Assembly: GCA_951406725.2 (NCBI GenBank) | Contig: OX597817.1 | Span: 25,296,001-25,360,000, forward strand | From: Octopus vulgaris | Lineage: Eukaryota | Length of the DNA stretch: 64,000 nt | Direction: 5' to 3' | In this document: positions 11,790-25,448 of the stretch, piece after piece | Position numbering within the stretch: position 1 is the first letter of the stretch | Layout of the letters: every line of letters begins with the position of its first letter | Notes under the pieces: generated by a model | The model's input: only the letters and a program-made list of their open reading frames with translations | What the model was told of the DNA's origin: nothing | Databases searched by the model: none | Position numbers and translations under genes: made by a program

Positions 11790-12145
11790 TACCTGATGGT
11801 AATCAAAATGTAAATCAAATGGAAATTGTAGTTGTGATACCTGTGCCTGTGGCATGTAAAAACCAGCATCCGAATATGGCCGACGCCAGCGTCACCTTCA
11901 CTGGCTTCCATGCCGGTGCCACATAAAAAGCACCAACCAATCGTGGCTGTTGCCAGCCTTCTCTGGCCCCTGTGCCAGTGGCACGTAAAAAGCACCCACT
12001 ACACTCACAGAGTGGTTGGTGTTAGGAAGGGCATACAACTGTAGAAACACTGCCAGATCTGACTGGAGCCTGGTGCAACCTCCTGGTTTCCCAGATCCCA
12101 GTTGAACCATCCAACCCATGCTAGCATGGAAAACGGACGTTAAAC

Positions 12146-12175
<30 letters not shown>
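11790..12175 (+). mobile_element. 5'-truncated RTE-type LINE 3' UTR ending in (GAT)n
   Basis: Shares GGCACGTAAAAAGCACC subrepeats and the ...CATGGAAAACGGACGTTAAACGATGATGAT end with the LINE at 38360-39735. Confidence 0.8.
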
Positions 12176-12176
<1 letters not shown>

Positions 12177-12279
12177 ATGTATCATATGTATATTAATATA
12201 CATATACAAGTAATAATGATGTATTAAACTGAGGAAAAGATCATAACCTGTATATCCATGAAACTTATCTTTTATACCT

Positions 12280-12511
12280 ATTTCTTTACTAACCACAAAG
12301 GGCTAAACACAGAGAGGACAAACAAGGACAGACAAATGGATTAAGCCGATTATATCGACCCCAGTGCGTAACTGGTACTTATTTAATCGACCCCGAAAGG
12401 ATGAAAGGCAAAGTCGACCTCGGCGGAATTTGAACTCAGAACATAGCGGCAGACGAAATATGGCTATGCATTTCGCCCGGCGTGCTAACATTTCTGCCAG
12501 CTCACCGCCTT
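12280..12511 (-). mobile_element. Family B tRNA-derived SINE, monomer
   Basis: Head GGCGGCGAGCTGGCAGAA, B box GTTCAAATTC, and conserved GCCTTTCATCCTTTCGGGGTCGAT..AAGTACCAG domain (resembles the Meta-SINE domain from memory). TSD TTATCTTTTATACCT at 12265-12279 and 12512-12526. Confidence 0.9.
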
Positions 12512-12949
12512 TTATCTTTTATACCTTGTCAGTCATGGTTGGCAATATGTCACTTCTCAACTAATTAAAGAATTATATTTGGAATTTTTCATGACAATTG
12601 TATACCCCACTGGGACAGATATACTAACTAAGAAGAAGAAATATAGGAGAATGATGAGAAAACTTACTGATAAATTAGATATCATTAAGAACAGTGGGTT
12701 GCCAACTTTACAAGAAATTAAGAATTTAAATATAAATGCTTTTGAATTTTACTGCATGTTCACAGACTTCTAAAACAAATAAGAAAATTATTATGGACAT
12801 AATGCAGAATGTGAAAACTTAGATAGAATGAGTGGATTTTATGGAAAATAATAGCAGGTATACCTATTTCTACAACTAGAATTTTAGTGAATGTTAAAAA
12901 TTTAATTAAAGGAAAAAATTTATCTTGAGATGTGAATTGCTTTTGTTGA

Positions 12950-14450
12950 TGGTCAGCTGATCAAATTCAAAATTCTTCATAAAATATAAAGATTGGACAG
13001 AGCTTATGAAAAATTATCGGTAGACTCAGAAACGATTATACTGCTTAGAGTGGCACTTGGTGAACTTGTCACAAAAATATGTTATGGATTTATCAATATG
13101 ATGTTGAGGAAACCAGTTTTACTAGTAATAGTTGTTAATAAACTCACTGGTAAGTTCTAAGTATCATGATGAATGAATAATAAGCCTTGAGTATCTGTGA
13201 GTGATCTTGTGTCAATGCATTGAGTGGTCTTTCTTGGGATGTATTCTGGATTACTTGAGTGTGCAACAGCAAAATTGCCGAATATGTAGGAGCAGTACTC
13301 CATTGTGGTTTCCTCATCAACTTTGTAGAGTGTCTGTAACTGGGATGTGTATTGTAGTATATATTCTTGATATGAGAATTGCTTGCTTGTTTGTTTTTTT
13401 TTTTGTTTTTAATTTTTGCTTTTGGAAGAGACATGATTGGCATATCATGTGGAGAAAGCTTTCAATATCTCTTTGATGGAATGGGTGCATGTTTGGTGTA
13501 GTTTCAAAATTGTTTGGAGATGATGCACAGTTGCAAAAAGTTGATGAAGAATAAGGAGTAGTATAACTTCTTTAAGTGTAAGCTTTCATTGTGTTGACCC
13601 TTCAGTAATGAAATACCATTATTCAATAGTTTCGTTGCTTGTGTAGTATAACCAGAGCAGTTTTAATTCTCCAGTGCTTCTTGTGGCTGTGTTCAACTTT
13701 AAATGTTTTACAATGTAGTAAAGCACTAATCCAAAATGGTGAATTGGTAGAATTATTGGAGTGTCTTGTATAAGGTTGTCTTGTAGTATTTGTTCTAAAT
13801 CTTTGCATTCTGAGTTGTTGGATGGTTGACTTGAATCAACAATCAATATTACACTACTTCCTGGTGCCTTAATAAAGTTCATTCAAGTATTCAAGACAGA
13901 GCTAACACCTGTAATTGATTGGTAAGAATGAAAATAACGAAGTTGAACAACAAAATATTTACCACCTGGCTTGACATAGTAAAATGCCTTACAATCAACA
14001 TACAACAGTACAATGATTTTTTTGTTAGATAAGTCAATAGTACTTTATATAAAAATATTTTATTAACTGTGTTAAGTTGGGTAACCAGTCGGTGCCTTAA
14101 TATGTGGATTTATTAATAATCTCAGTGCAGTCAAGTGCTCACCTTTTACGAATGCTGTTTATGACATATAATTGTACTTGTCAGTGTGAGCTATTTGGTG
14201 CATTAATGTCTCCCTTCAACATCACGTTCACTTTCCATTAAATAAACCTGACATCAGATTATCTAAACTTACAATATCTTCATAATTACATGTTTAATAT
14301 TAAGTGATAGGTTAGATAAGGCTTAGTGGATTGATTTTTAGCAAAGCTCTAGTTCCAGATGGTGACCAAAGAATTATATTGTCACTGATGAATGCTCAAA
14401 ACAGAGCGCCAAGGACAGCATCTGATCAGTGATCAGTTAGCAAAAGAAGT
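12950..14450 (-). mobile_element. Highly decayed Penelope-like coding fragments
   Basis: Fragmentary minus-strand peptides resemble PLE thumb and GIY-YIG regions. The segment at 14056-14120 is shared with 16081-16150. A decayed HHR-like motif lies near 14380 on the plus strand. Confidence 0.35.
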
Positions 14451-15499
14451 TTGAATATGACCCTAAAGGATGTCTTTTACCTTTAATTCTACTTCAGGTA
14501 ATTTCTTAATTTGCATAGACAATTTAACTAAAGTATTTCACATTATACCATTTGAGCTTTTATGCCAGACTATTTTCAATTGATTCATAATTGAAACTGT
14601 TGGTGCCTCGTTCTAACTCTTTGCACTCTTCAAACAGCTAAGTCAGTGATAGAGACAAAAAGCTCAAAAGACATATAGACTAATATCACTAAAAGATAAT
14701 AAAAACACTCTTTTGTTATTTCATGAATCTACAGGCCTTTGGAAAATGCTCCATTTTTTGTACACTTGATAAAAAGAGAGAGTCTAATGTTAGATATTGC
14801 ATACAGTTATGTGGAAATTCCCATCTGGCATATATAACACTTTTGATAAGGAGCATCTGCACAGGGGATCTGTTTCAGTTTTCAAAACTTCCCTAGTCAC
14901 TCATTGATGACTTACTATACAATTTTCTCCTTCAAGAGCAAAATAATTGGGCTGAGAATAAATCAGGGTTATTTCCTAAGCACAAACCTGATTTACAATT
15001 AACATCAAGATTATTGCTTGGTTTCCAACTGTCTGATTTGTATGTGAAGAAAATCCTAGCTATAAATGAATTGCAAATATTTTCTATTTATGTTAGGAGC
15101 GATACCTTTGAAGTTGTTGTCTAAGCTGAGTTTCTGAAAATATCTGACATTTATCAACAGAATTCGTGGTCAATAGTTTGTAAGCATTGAGCTTGTGTAG
15201 TGTTACTACTTCATTTGGTGACTGAAAGAAAGCACTTTTAATCTAGTCATGGTTTCATTGTAAGTAGAACACTCAGAAATAATTTTGAAATTCTATAGGA
15301 AAAAGGAGTTTGCAAAGAATTTCAGAAAAATGTCACACATACATATATGCACACATAAACACATATATATATGCACACCTGCACATAAATATAACTTTAT
15401 AGCTATACAAAGATAAAAAAATCGATGTCGAAGAATGCATAATGTTGAATAAATATTTAAGTTTTGGTTTATGTGTTAAAACTCCTCATTTCATACAAA

Positions 15500-16350
15500 T
15501 GATTGGAACTTTTGGTTGATAATTAAGGCAAGCATAAGATAAGAGACAATTCAGTTTAAAACCTGATTTAGTTCACTAAACATTTTGTTGACAAATCTGT
15601 CAGATATATCAGTTTACAGAATTCTTATATCAACATGGGTAGAATCTTGCAGATTCATTTTGTTTAAAATAGTATCATATAGTCTATGAACTATTATTGG
15701 ACCTATATTGTGTTGCAACAGTAATGTTGACCTAAATTGAAGCACCAGTTATTTAAGTCAGAACAAGCATTGAAAATTGTCGGTAACTTGGCAGCAAGCT
15801 AAGTATGTGAATCTGAGGTGGTTCTTTGTGAAGCCTATTTCTTTGGCTTAATCTAGACATTTGCAATTTTAAAGCATATCTAATAGCCAGAAGAGGTGTG
15901 ATCTCAGCTATTTTGATTTATTCTTGACACACTTTTTAAGAAGTGAGTTTTAATAATGTTTCAGTAAGCAATAGTTGACTGCTTGCCTTGAAGTTGTTAA
16001 ATGCCTTATTATCAGTATGCAACACAGGACAATAGTTTGTGTGATGTAGGTTGATAGTTATAAATAACATGTAAAGAAAGTATTTTATTAACTGTGTTTT
16101 CTAAGTTGGGCAGTGAGGTAGTGTCTAAATATGTGGATTTATTAATAAACATCACTTAGCTTAGTGGTCAGGAGTATTTATTCCATTATTAATACCCATT
16201 ATTACCATTCCTCAACATTATATGAGAACTCGTTCTACTTCTATTTAGGAAACATAAATAATTGGTAGCAAGCCATCACAAAGCGTTTGAAACTTTCCTA
16301 TTTCTAAAATATTGTTCTGTGACAGTCTTTAAGTAATTTGGAATAAAGAT
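15500..16350 (-). mobile_element. Highly decayed Penelope-like RT fragment
   Basis: Minus strand QNNILEIGKFQTLCDGL..TNIY resembles RT motif 4, and the region is homologous to 14056-14120. Confidence 0.35.
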
Positions 16351-17166
16351 GCATATCACTTTGCAAAAATAACATAATAATTAAAAAGAATAATGACAAA
16401 GACAAACAAGAAACAGTTAAAAATAATTGATAATTATTCAATTGTTAAATCTGTTAAATGAACTGGGCTGCCAAAAAGAAAGTAATACAACAGAAACTGG
16501 AAAGACTAAAGTACATTTCAGTAAAAATAGATGACAGCCTAAAAGAAGTGGCAGAGAAACTTGTGGGAATAAAACAGTTGAAACGTTGTCATTAATGAAA
16601 TGATCTCCATAGAAGATGAAGTGCCAAAGGAAAATAACCACAAAGGAAAAGAAATGCTTCAGAAATATAGTTTTTAATTAGCATTAACTGTAATTTGTTT
16701 GTTACTAAAATGCCCTAGCTTTTGACAAAAAATTTGTCTTTCTTATAAATATTTTAATTTCATCTCTAAAATGAGACAAAGTGTGAAAAACGGTCATAAT
16801 TAAGGTTCTGCTCAGATGATAATTGATTTTAAAATCTGGCAGAAAATTGTTTTTAAGACAAACCATGTTACTTTATTTATTTCGTTAGCCAAATCATATT
16901 TTTTTAAATTTTAGCTTGGAATAATGCCAGAGGTGGTAATAGAAAGGAATTTAGCAAACTGAAATGACACCAAGAATTTATTAAGCTGGAAGAAAAAAAT
17001 AAAAATGGGTCCAGATGGAGTTTGATTATAGAATGAATGGAAGTAAAACCAAAATTTTAAGTCACTTAGTCCAATATTCTCTTTCTCTTAAAACTTGCTC
17101 TCTTAAAATGAAACTGTATTGCTAAATGAAAAATATGACATTTACTTTTTTCTCTGTTATTGTTAG

Positions 17167-17181
17167 ATCTACAGAGATCTG
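17167..17181 (+). other. Candidate 15-nt microexon
   Basis: TTTACTTTTTTCTCTGTTATTGTTAG|ATCTACAGAGATCTG|GTAAGC: pyrimidine tract, AG acceptor and strong donor. Length is a multiple of 3 with no stop in any frame. No transcript evidence. Confidence 0.35.
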
Positions 17182-18462
17182 GTAAGCAAAGGACAAAGCA
17201 TGCTTTAAATTCCTATATAAAATAAATTCAGTTCACTTTCATAGAGATGGTTTAAGGAATGCAAAGTGGTATATGCAGTAAAGGGGATAGAGTAGGAAAT
17301 AGAAAAAATACCTAGCTATTAATATAACTCATTAGAACTTAACTTAGCTTTAAATTACTTAAAATATCACTAGAATGTTAAGTTGAGATAGTGCTGTTAG
17401 AAAATAAAATATCTTTTTTCTTTTTCCATTGAAGGTTACTAAGTGTCATGACCTGAAGCAAAACTATGCACCACCAAAACAAACATGCTCCAATCTCAAT
17501 CATCCTCACAATCTTTTATCACAATTATCATCTCCACCACCATGATTTAACAGTCTCATCATGTCTGCCAATATCATTTCTATATCGCAAATCACCTCCA
17601 CCACCCCCAACCACTTCCACCGACACTACTATGAAAAACTGTTGGTCGTACTATCACTGTTACTATCACACTTCTAGAACCTGTACTACTACTACAGTAG
17701 TTCTACCATTTCTATGATCATCATCACTGTCATCACCATAAAAATGATTGTTAACAATACTGCCATCAACTGCTGCTAGCAACATTACCAGAGGTAAAAA
17801 AAAAAATGAAAAAAAAAAAACATAAACATACATATGTAGAATAAAAGCAAACAAATAAACAATCATTTCTCTGAAATTATCCCAGTAATCATTTTATATA
17901 TTTCCCAATATTATCATATTTCCCCATCTACAAACGAAAACATTTCAGTATTATCTGCATCTGACACTACTCAACTTACAAAAACCAAAAAATGAAAGAA
18001 AAAAAAAGATTTTGCTATTTCATTTTTATCAAGATGGCTGACAATGAAATCTAATTTGTTGATAATATTTTCCGCAGACAATAAACAAGATGGGGAGGCA
18101 ATTTGTGAAATAAATGTCCTCTAAACATCAGGAAATAAGGTCATAAATTTCACCTAGTTTAACTCCACAACCAAATTACAATAAACGCAGAATGAATTTG
18201 AATTCATTTTTATATTGTGGCCCGGGGTCAGTCCAGTTTGAACAAATATTTCATCAGATGTTTAGCCAAAAACCACACAGATTTGCTGCAAAACTGTATC
18301 TAGAACAGCATTATCCAATGTGTTCTTCCAGTTTTGGTTTGTAAAGTGAAATTTGAAGATTTGGTTACTATTTATGATAGCACAAATGAAACATAAACAG
18401 TTATATGGATTGAGACTAGACTAATGATTTTAATATAATAATTAATTTTAATATAATAATTA

Positions 18463-18715
18463 AATTGTAGTTGTGATACCTGTGCCAGTGGCACGTAAAA
18501 AGCACCAACCGATCATGGATACTGCCAGCCTCCCCTGGCACCCATGCCAGTGGCATGCAAAAAGCACCCACTACACTCACGGAGTGGTTGGCATTAGGAA
18601 GGGCATCCAGCTGTAGAAACACTGTCAGATCAGAGTGGAGCCTGGTGCAGCTTCCTGGCTTGCCAGACCCCAGTCGAACTGTCCAACCCGTGCTAGCACG
18701 GAAAACGGACGTTAA

Positions 18716-18746
<31 letters not shown>
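18463..18746 (+). mobile_element. 5'-truncated RTE-type LINE 3' UTR ending in (GAT)n
   Basis: Near-collinear with 11825-12175. Confidence 0.8.
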
Positions 18747-18747
<1 letters not shown>

Positions 18748-20559
18748 TTAAACTGATTATCTGAGGTGTAAAGCATTTAAAGTTGAATACTGAATCATGT
18801 TTGTTATTAAATTTGAAGTGTGTGTGTGTGTCACAGGGGGATTTAATTTTGCATTACTTAGTTTTATGGGCACAGAACAGGTCAACATCAGATAGCTAAA
18901 TGAGAATATTTAAGCTTTTATTAATCTGTTCAGGCCACATAGATACACTAGCAAGTCACCAATCCAATTTCTTTTACCATATGCACCAAGTGGTAGGGCA
19001 GCGTGCTGGCTCAGTATTATGTGGAGTATAACATTTTGATGATGATAATAATGTTTCATGGCATCACGTTACATGTCATTTTGCAAGGAGAGCCTGGCAG
19101 TGTATTGTAACTTCACCTGAAAGAATAGGCTGAATTGAAGATAATCTTTCAGTGGGAAATCTACTATTGTGTGTGGCTTTTTAGGCCTAAGATGATATTT
19201 CTGGGTTATTAGCAGTTCATTAACAGGGTGTTTCTTTGGTCAAAATAAAAGGGTGGCTCCGTTTTGCTATCAATGGACGATGGGTGATGATGGAGTATAT
19301 ACAGTTTCTCATTATGAAGAGTTGGCAAGTATGAACTCTAAGAGAGTATAGAGGGAGCCTACAAAAGATATTGCATGTAATTTTTCATAAAGTTGGTTCT
19401 TCAATTGAAGTGGAGCAATGAAGCAAAAAAAAAAAATTTATTTTTTAACACCTGAAAGAGTACATGCATTGTTATTTGTGCAAAAGACTCAATCTTTCAG
19501 TTTTAGATTCAGGGAAAGTATTTTGTGTTATTTCTGTAGTTGATTTGACTAGTTTAGTTGTTTGTATAATGCAGTGAATCTAACAAAGTGTATCCACTTC
19601 AAGAGCCCCCTAGAAGGGAATGTAAATATTTAAAGAATTACAATACTCCTTAAAAATTCATGTGTTGGAAGGTCTGTAAATTTTCCAATGATGTACTAAA
19701 AATGTAAGCCTAATGGAATTAAAATGGATGAACAACTTAGGGAAGGTATGATCCCCATTTGAATCGCATCTACCATTATATTTACTTGTCTTTATTTCTT
19801 AGTAGTTCTTAAAAAAAAGAAATGTTTTAAAACGTTTCACCATGCATTTATGATTATTCTTTTCTTAAAGATCTTGAATTTTGTTTGGTACTTTCTTTTA
19901 AAATAATTGAGAAACCTTGAAATGGTATGCCCTAGTTGGAAGCTTGTTTCCTTTTCAAATCATATATTTTGATTTGTGATGTAAATTCTTTTTGTATATA
20001 TTATCTGCTGTGTTCCACAAAGGAAACTGTTTGCAACTTAGAACATGCTATAATGATTATTTTAAAAACTGTTTCAAGAAATAAAATTGTTAGTGGAAGA
20101 ATTAGATGAAAGAACTCGAAAAACAAGTCTTCCCAGGTTTATACAAACTGGCCAGTATTTGATTTCCAATAGTTTCACGGGAATTATATCAATCACCTGG
20201 TTGTAGATGTGTGACTAAACTTGTTTGATAGTCTATTGTATACAGTAGTATCAATACTGATTTCTTATTTAGGCAAAACTCCAGTAATGCTGAGGAGTGG
20301 ATTAGTCAATGCCAATAAAATAAAGTACTTGACTGGCACTTTATTCTATTGACCGCAGATTTTTGAAAAGCAAATCTGCACGTGCAGGGAGTTGAAAACA
20401 GAACACACAAAGTTAATTCCAAAATATATCTCATGAATACCCTGGGATGCATAATCAGTGATGATTCTTGATGGCTAAAGTCTTTCAACTTCTGAATTAC
20501 TTTCCCAGTTGACACATTCTTCCCAGTAGCAGTAAACCACTGGTTTACCCCCAAATCCC

Positions 20560-22170
20560 CACCATATCCCAAAACACCAAATGCCTTTCTCTGCAACTTC
20601 AGTGATGGAATTTATGACCTTCCTCTTTGCTACACCAGTAACTTCAATTGCAACAACTATCTAACAAAGTGAATACCCAACAAAATCAAACAACCCATAT
20701 CTACTAGTTTGCAATGTGCCAGCAAGCATTATTTTCCACACTGCTCTAACAGCTTCTGATATAAGGTAATCTTTCTCTCATCAGCCTCCTCCATATGTTC
20801 TTCCAAAGGAACAGTCAGTTCCTACATGATCACATTTTGGTGGAAGTTTTGATGATTACTGTGCCAGGGCAAAGTGTTGTTGGCCCAATATACTCTGGGA
20901 ACTTTAATTGTTCTGCAAGATCACTCTGGGGCTGTGGAAAATGAGCATTAGTCATTGATGGTTCAGTGAACTGGTCTTCTATCTAGCTCTGTAAAAAATG
21001 ATGGTTTTTTTCTGGGGTAGTATTTATTGGATTGAATGGCTGTATTGCTATATACTGTATTTTGAAATAATAGCATGAAATTCAATATCAAAATATTTCT
21101 CACTAAGATATATATGTCTAAAATAGTATTGTATTAAAAATATATATAAATATATGAAACATGACAGCTTAAAAATATTGTTATCACTCCAGCAACCACC
21201 TTGATTTCCTGATCATGTTGTCAGCAAGAGAAGTCATTGACTAAGTGTCTATGGCAGCTGCTGAGGACGTGTTGAAGAGACCCTCTCTCAGTACACAATG
21301 GGCAGGAGGGTGATTCACTCTTACCTCATCTGTGAAGTTTTGTCAGATGTGGTAAAGTATCATAGGGAGGCCCTGATTGGAAATCTGATATACTGGATGT
21401 CAGCCTACCAGGGATTCGATTAAGAGATGTTCCATTGCTATAATTTGTCTGACTTTGTTCTGTCTCATGGTTGAGTAAGTCCTACTATCCTTCAAGTCTG
21501 TGTTTCCATTATACTTGTGCAGACTGCTTTCTAACTAGAAAGGGTGTGGCCTGGTCAGCCTGTAATGACATGCATAAGATCTGGTCATCAAATCTAAGTA
21601 GAGACTTCAAACTTGAAATCTTCAAAGCCACAGTTGAACCAATTCTACTATATGGCTCAGAAACCTGGACGTTATCAAAGAAGCTTGAGAGGTGGTTGGA
21701 TGGAACCTATACTCGCCTCCTTATGAGAGCTCAAAATCTCTCGTGGAAGCGCCATCCAACCAAAATGCAAATATATGGGAAACTACCACCTGTGTCATCT
21801 CTTGTGAAAGGTAGGAGAGTCCAGTTTGCTGGACATTGTTGTAGAGCTGAAAAAGAAGTAATTTCTACTCTTCTCCTCTGGAAGCCATCTACTCACAATA
21901 CCAGAGGGCGCACACTCTCCTACCCTGATGTAACCTCCAGGGATACAGGCATCCAGCAACAGGACCTCCGTAATGCCATGATGGACCGTGAGGTCTGGCG
22001 TAGCATGGTAAATTCCATTGTCTCGACCACGGTCGAACAATGATGATGATCTTTCTGGAAGAGAGGATTTCACCATCTTCTTTTGGTGTAACCAATCTGG
22101 CAAGCTGGAAAGTAACTCAAGCTTTGACCACCTATGGCCACAGTCCCAACAAGACAGGAGTATCAACAAT
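20560..22170 (-). mobile_element. Decayed HERO/NeSL-like non-LTR retrotransposon C-terminus (CCHC knuckle and restriction-like endonuclease), interrupted by an RTE
   Basis: Minus strand gives YDTLPHLTKLHR*GKSESPSCPLCTERGSLQHVLSSC...QHDQ (about 21200-21370) and LKFPEYIGPTTL...ELTVPLEEHMEEADERK..YQKLLEQC (about 20700-20920). Confidence 0.7.
21522..22050 (+). mobile_element. RTE-clade LINE 3' fragment (RT C-terminus, open frame) with (TGA)n tail
   Basis: ORF 21471..22043 contains KLEIFKATVEPILLYGSETWTL...RRVQFAGHC...AMMDREVWR, and the stop is followed directly by a TGA repeat. Confidence 0.9.
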
Positions 22171-22999
22171 AAAAACAAGTGGGTATATGTGTGATTTTTT
22201 ACTCCACGATATAATACTTTCACTTTAAACGCAATTTCAGATAAACTCTGAAATTAAATACTAAACAAATTTTAAAAAGTTTTATTTGGACAAATTAGTT
22301 TAAAACAAAGTGAAGTTGATTTATTTGTAGAAAGACCAAAAATTTCATACAAGTTGCTATTTTAATCTAGCAACAATATGTGGCATCAGTCCAAAATTGG
22401 ACATAAAGGCATTTAATGAATTTAAGTCAGTCAAAATGTACTTGATAGAAACATTTCATTTATCTTGTTTGCAAGCTATTGTTATTGTATGGTTTGTGCT
22501 GAAGTTTTGGCAGCAATTTTTATCTTGCGATTTTCATCTCCAGTGTTAATATCCCTAAGAGAAGCAGAAACAAGTAACTTTATTTTAAATTTTTGCAGAT
22601 AAATCAGGTTTAATCAAGAAAAAAAGTTTGGCATATTTTATTGGCTGCTTCAAACCCATTAATCCTGTACTATTGTTACCAATGGCCTTTTTCTTTATGG
22701 CCAATTGTTTTGTTGTCGTCAATGAGTAAAAACAAGACATTCTACTGAAAAACCAATACATCGTTACTTATCGAAATTTGGCTCTTAGATGCTATATAGA
22801 AAGGTTAAAGAAATCATTATTGTGAGTCATGACAACGAGGACAAAAAGAAACTGACACGAACATTACCCAACATATATTTTTTAATCTTTTACTTTCAAT
22901 GAACTTGAAGGTACAGTGGGGAAAAAAACATCGCTATTTGAAGACAATGGTACAAGACAGAAATTATATTTTATGAATCAATATTTTCAAATGAAATTT

Positions 23000-23790
23000 A
23001 ATGGGTTTTTATTTGAAGGCTCCCTAAGGAAGAAGAACAAAAGCCACTTGAATAATTAGTGGCTAATACTGCCACTATGAATCTCCAGAAACCTTGCTCA
23101 TAGCATCAAGCTTAATATGTTGCACTATGCACAATAAGAATAAATATCAATGCAAGAAGAGGCGATTCCTTAGTGCAGACCAAATTTACTGATATTGATG
23201 ACATGATAAGATATCTCTTCCTAATGATATATTATCATGTCTGTATTGTGTAACAAAAACAAGGGACGGTCTTAAGGATGAAATGCAAAAAGAGGGCGAG
23301 AGTTATCTACTGCCTTCTTAGATACAAAACGTCTTTGATGCTACTGCATGACAGGAGATCCAGTAGTAGGTACCATTCCCAGAAGTATAAAATGTGAACT
23401 AGATATCATCCCTTAGTGGTCAAAGAGAGTAGTAATAACTCTAAATAATAACTGATCTACACTATATTGAGTTCCCATCAAAACATCTGTCAAGTGTAAG
23501 CATAACCGACCGGATATTGTTGTTTGGAATAGACAAGAAAAGGTGTGTACTCTCAGAGGTCAGTTGTTGTGCTGAGGTGAAATCTCTTTAAAAATCAAAA
23601 GAAAGAAGATAACTGTGGACAACTATTCGAAAACTCTATATTTACATTTATACAAATAAAAATTGGAGATCTTGGTTTTGTAACTGTCAGTCTGGATATG
23701 CTGTGATTTCCCAAAAAGGAAACCAACCGATTTGCACATTTCACATGCAATCTGTAAGCAGAACAGTAAAAGTATACAAGACTTTTCTCA
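23000..23790 (+). mobile_element. Decayed R4/Dong-like non-LTR retrotransposon restriction-like endonuclease region
   Basis: VPIKTSVKCKHNRPDIVVWNRQEKVCT..EVSCCAEV..KEDNCGQL at about 23470-23640 matches the RPD...E..K.Y endonuclease pattern. Confidence 0.65.
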
Positions 23791-23922
23791 GGCCTAAAAT
23801 ATGACATTGTTATCATTATCTACATTCTAAAGATGGAATTTTATATCTTCGTTAGAAACCAGTTCCTTCTTCAGACGGAGAATTTAAATGATAAAATACA
23901 TACTACATACATGCATATATTT

Positions 23923-23977
<55 letters not shown>

Positions 23978-24103
23978 ATCCAAATATGAAAACACAAAGA
24001 GAAAACACAACAACGCGAGGACGTGGAACAGATATAGTATTATTGGAAGCTCAGGAAGGAAGGGAAGACGGAGGAAAAAAATCGCCAACGGTACACACGC
24101 GGT

Positions 24104-24150
<47 letters not shown>

Positions 24151-24659
24151 GTGTGTGTGTGTATGCATATATTTCATTTTTGTATTTAGTTGGCAAGATT
24201 CTTTATGTGAATTCGTGTGTTGAAGCATATTCTGTTGTGTCTGGGGAGAGTCATTCTCTTTTAGTACCTTAACACACTCACTGGTAAAATTTCCACTTAT
24301 TTACTTATCTATTTTTTAAAAATAATTTTCATTGTGTCTTGCAACCTTTTCAATAGTGGTTGACTCTGTTATTGAAGCTACATTCTTTTTGTTTGTGTGC
24401 GCGCATGTGTGTGGGCCAGTGTGTGAGCACATATACACGTATGTATGTATGTATGTATATATACCTACATAATTATAATAAATGGAATGGAGAAAGTTCA
24501 AATCAGGTAAACCACAACGAACACATACGTATATGGATTTAATTAAAATAAAAATTGTCCAAAAACAAATATAGATATATTAGAAATACATATAAAAATA
24601 CATGAATATTGAAAATATATATATATGGACATATAAATATATGAATATACAAGCATACT

Positions 24660-24830
24660 AATAATATTATGAAGTATAGGATGTACGTCATATAGTGTTA
24701 TCTAACTTCTTTCTAGCACCCTCGTATACTCAGACTCTATCTTTCTGATCATATCCAGAGAATTGTATGCGGTGCATGAAGATCCGTACAAGTTTCTTCG
24801 TTTCATAGGGTTTGCCTAGTTCATTATCCT
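24660..24830 (-). mobile_element. Short Penelope-like RT C-terminal fragment
   Basis: Minus strand LVRIFMHRIQFSGYDQKDRV resembles the PLE thumb SGY motif. Confidence 0.4.
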
Positions 24831-24999
24831 AAGTCTGATATACATGCACATACACACACATTCATACATGCATACACACACTTACATGCATGCATACATA
24901 CATACATACATACATACATACATACATACATACATACATACATACATACATGCTTACATACATATATACACACATGCCTACATACATACATACATTTGA

Positions 25000-25368
25000 T
25001 TAAGAAATGCATATCACGCATTATTCCATTATTAAACGAAGAAATTATCTTAAAAAGGTTGGTAGAAACAGAAAATCCAAATCTTATATGTTTGCCATTA
25101 ACTATTTTTCCGTATCTAGTGTTTTTAAAGTTTTTATTTATAATCTTTTTCATAGATTTAACAAAATGTGTCTTTAATTGTTTATCGAAAGGAATTATGA
25201 TCCATATAGTTTTATCTGAGTCTACCTTATTTATATATTCATTTTTTTGTCACAATATCGTTTTTTCCCACACAAGGTATTAATTTCTCCTTTACTGTCT
25301 TCTTCTTATTATTGTTATTTTGGTTGTTGTTGATGATGATGTTGTTGTTGTTGTTATTATTATTATTA

Positions 25369-25448
<80 letters not shown>

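Noticed and set aside
14380-14428. HHR-like CTGATGA followed by a GCTC/GAGC hairpin
   Set aside because: The GAAA core is missing and stems I and III are not intact; at best a dead remnant.
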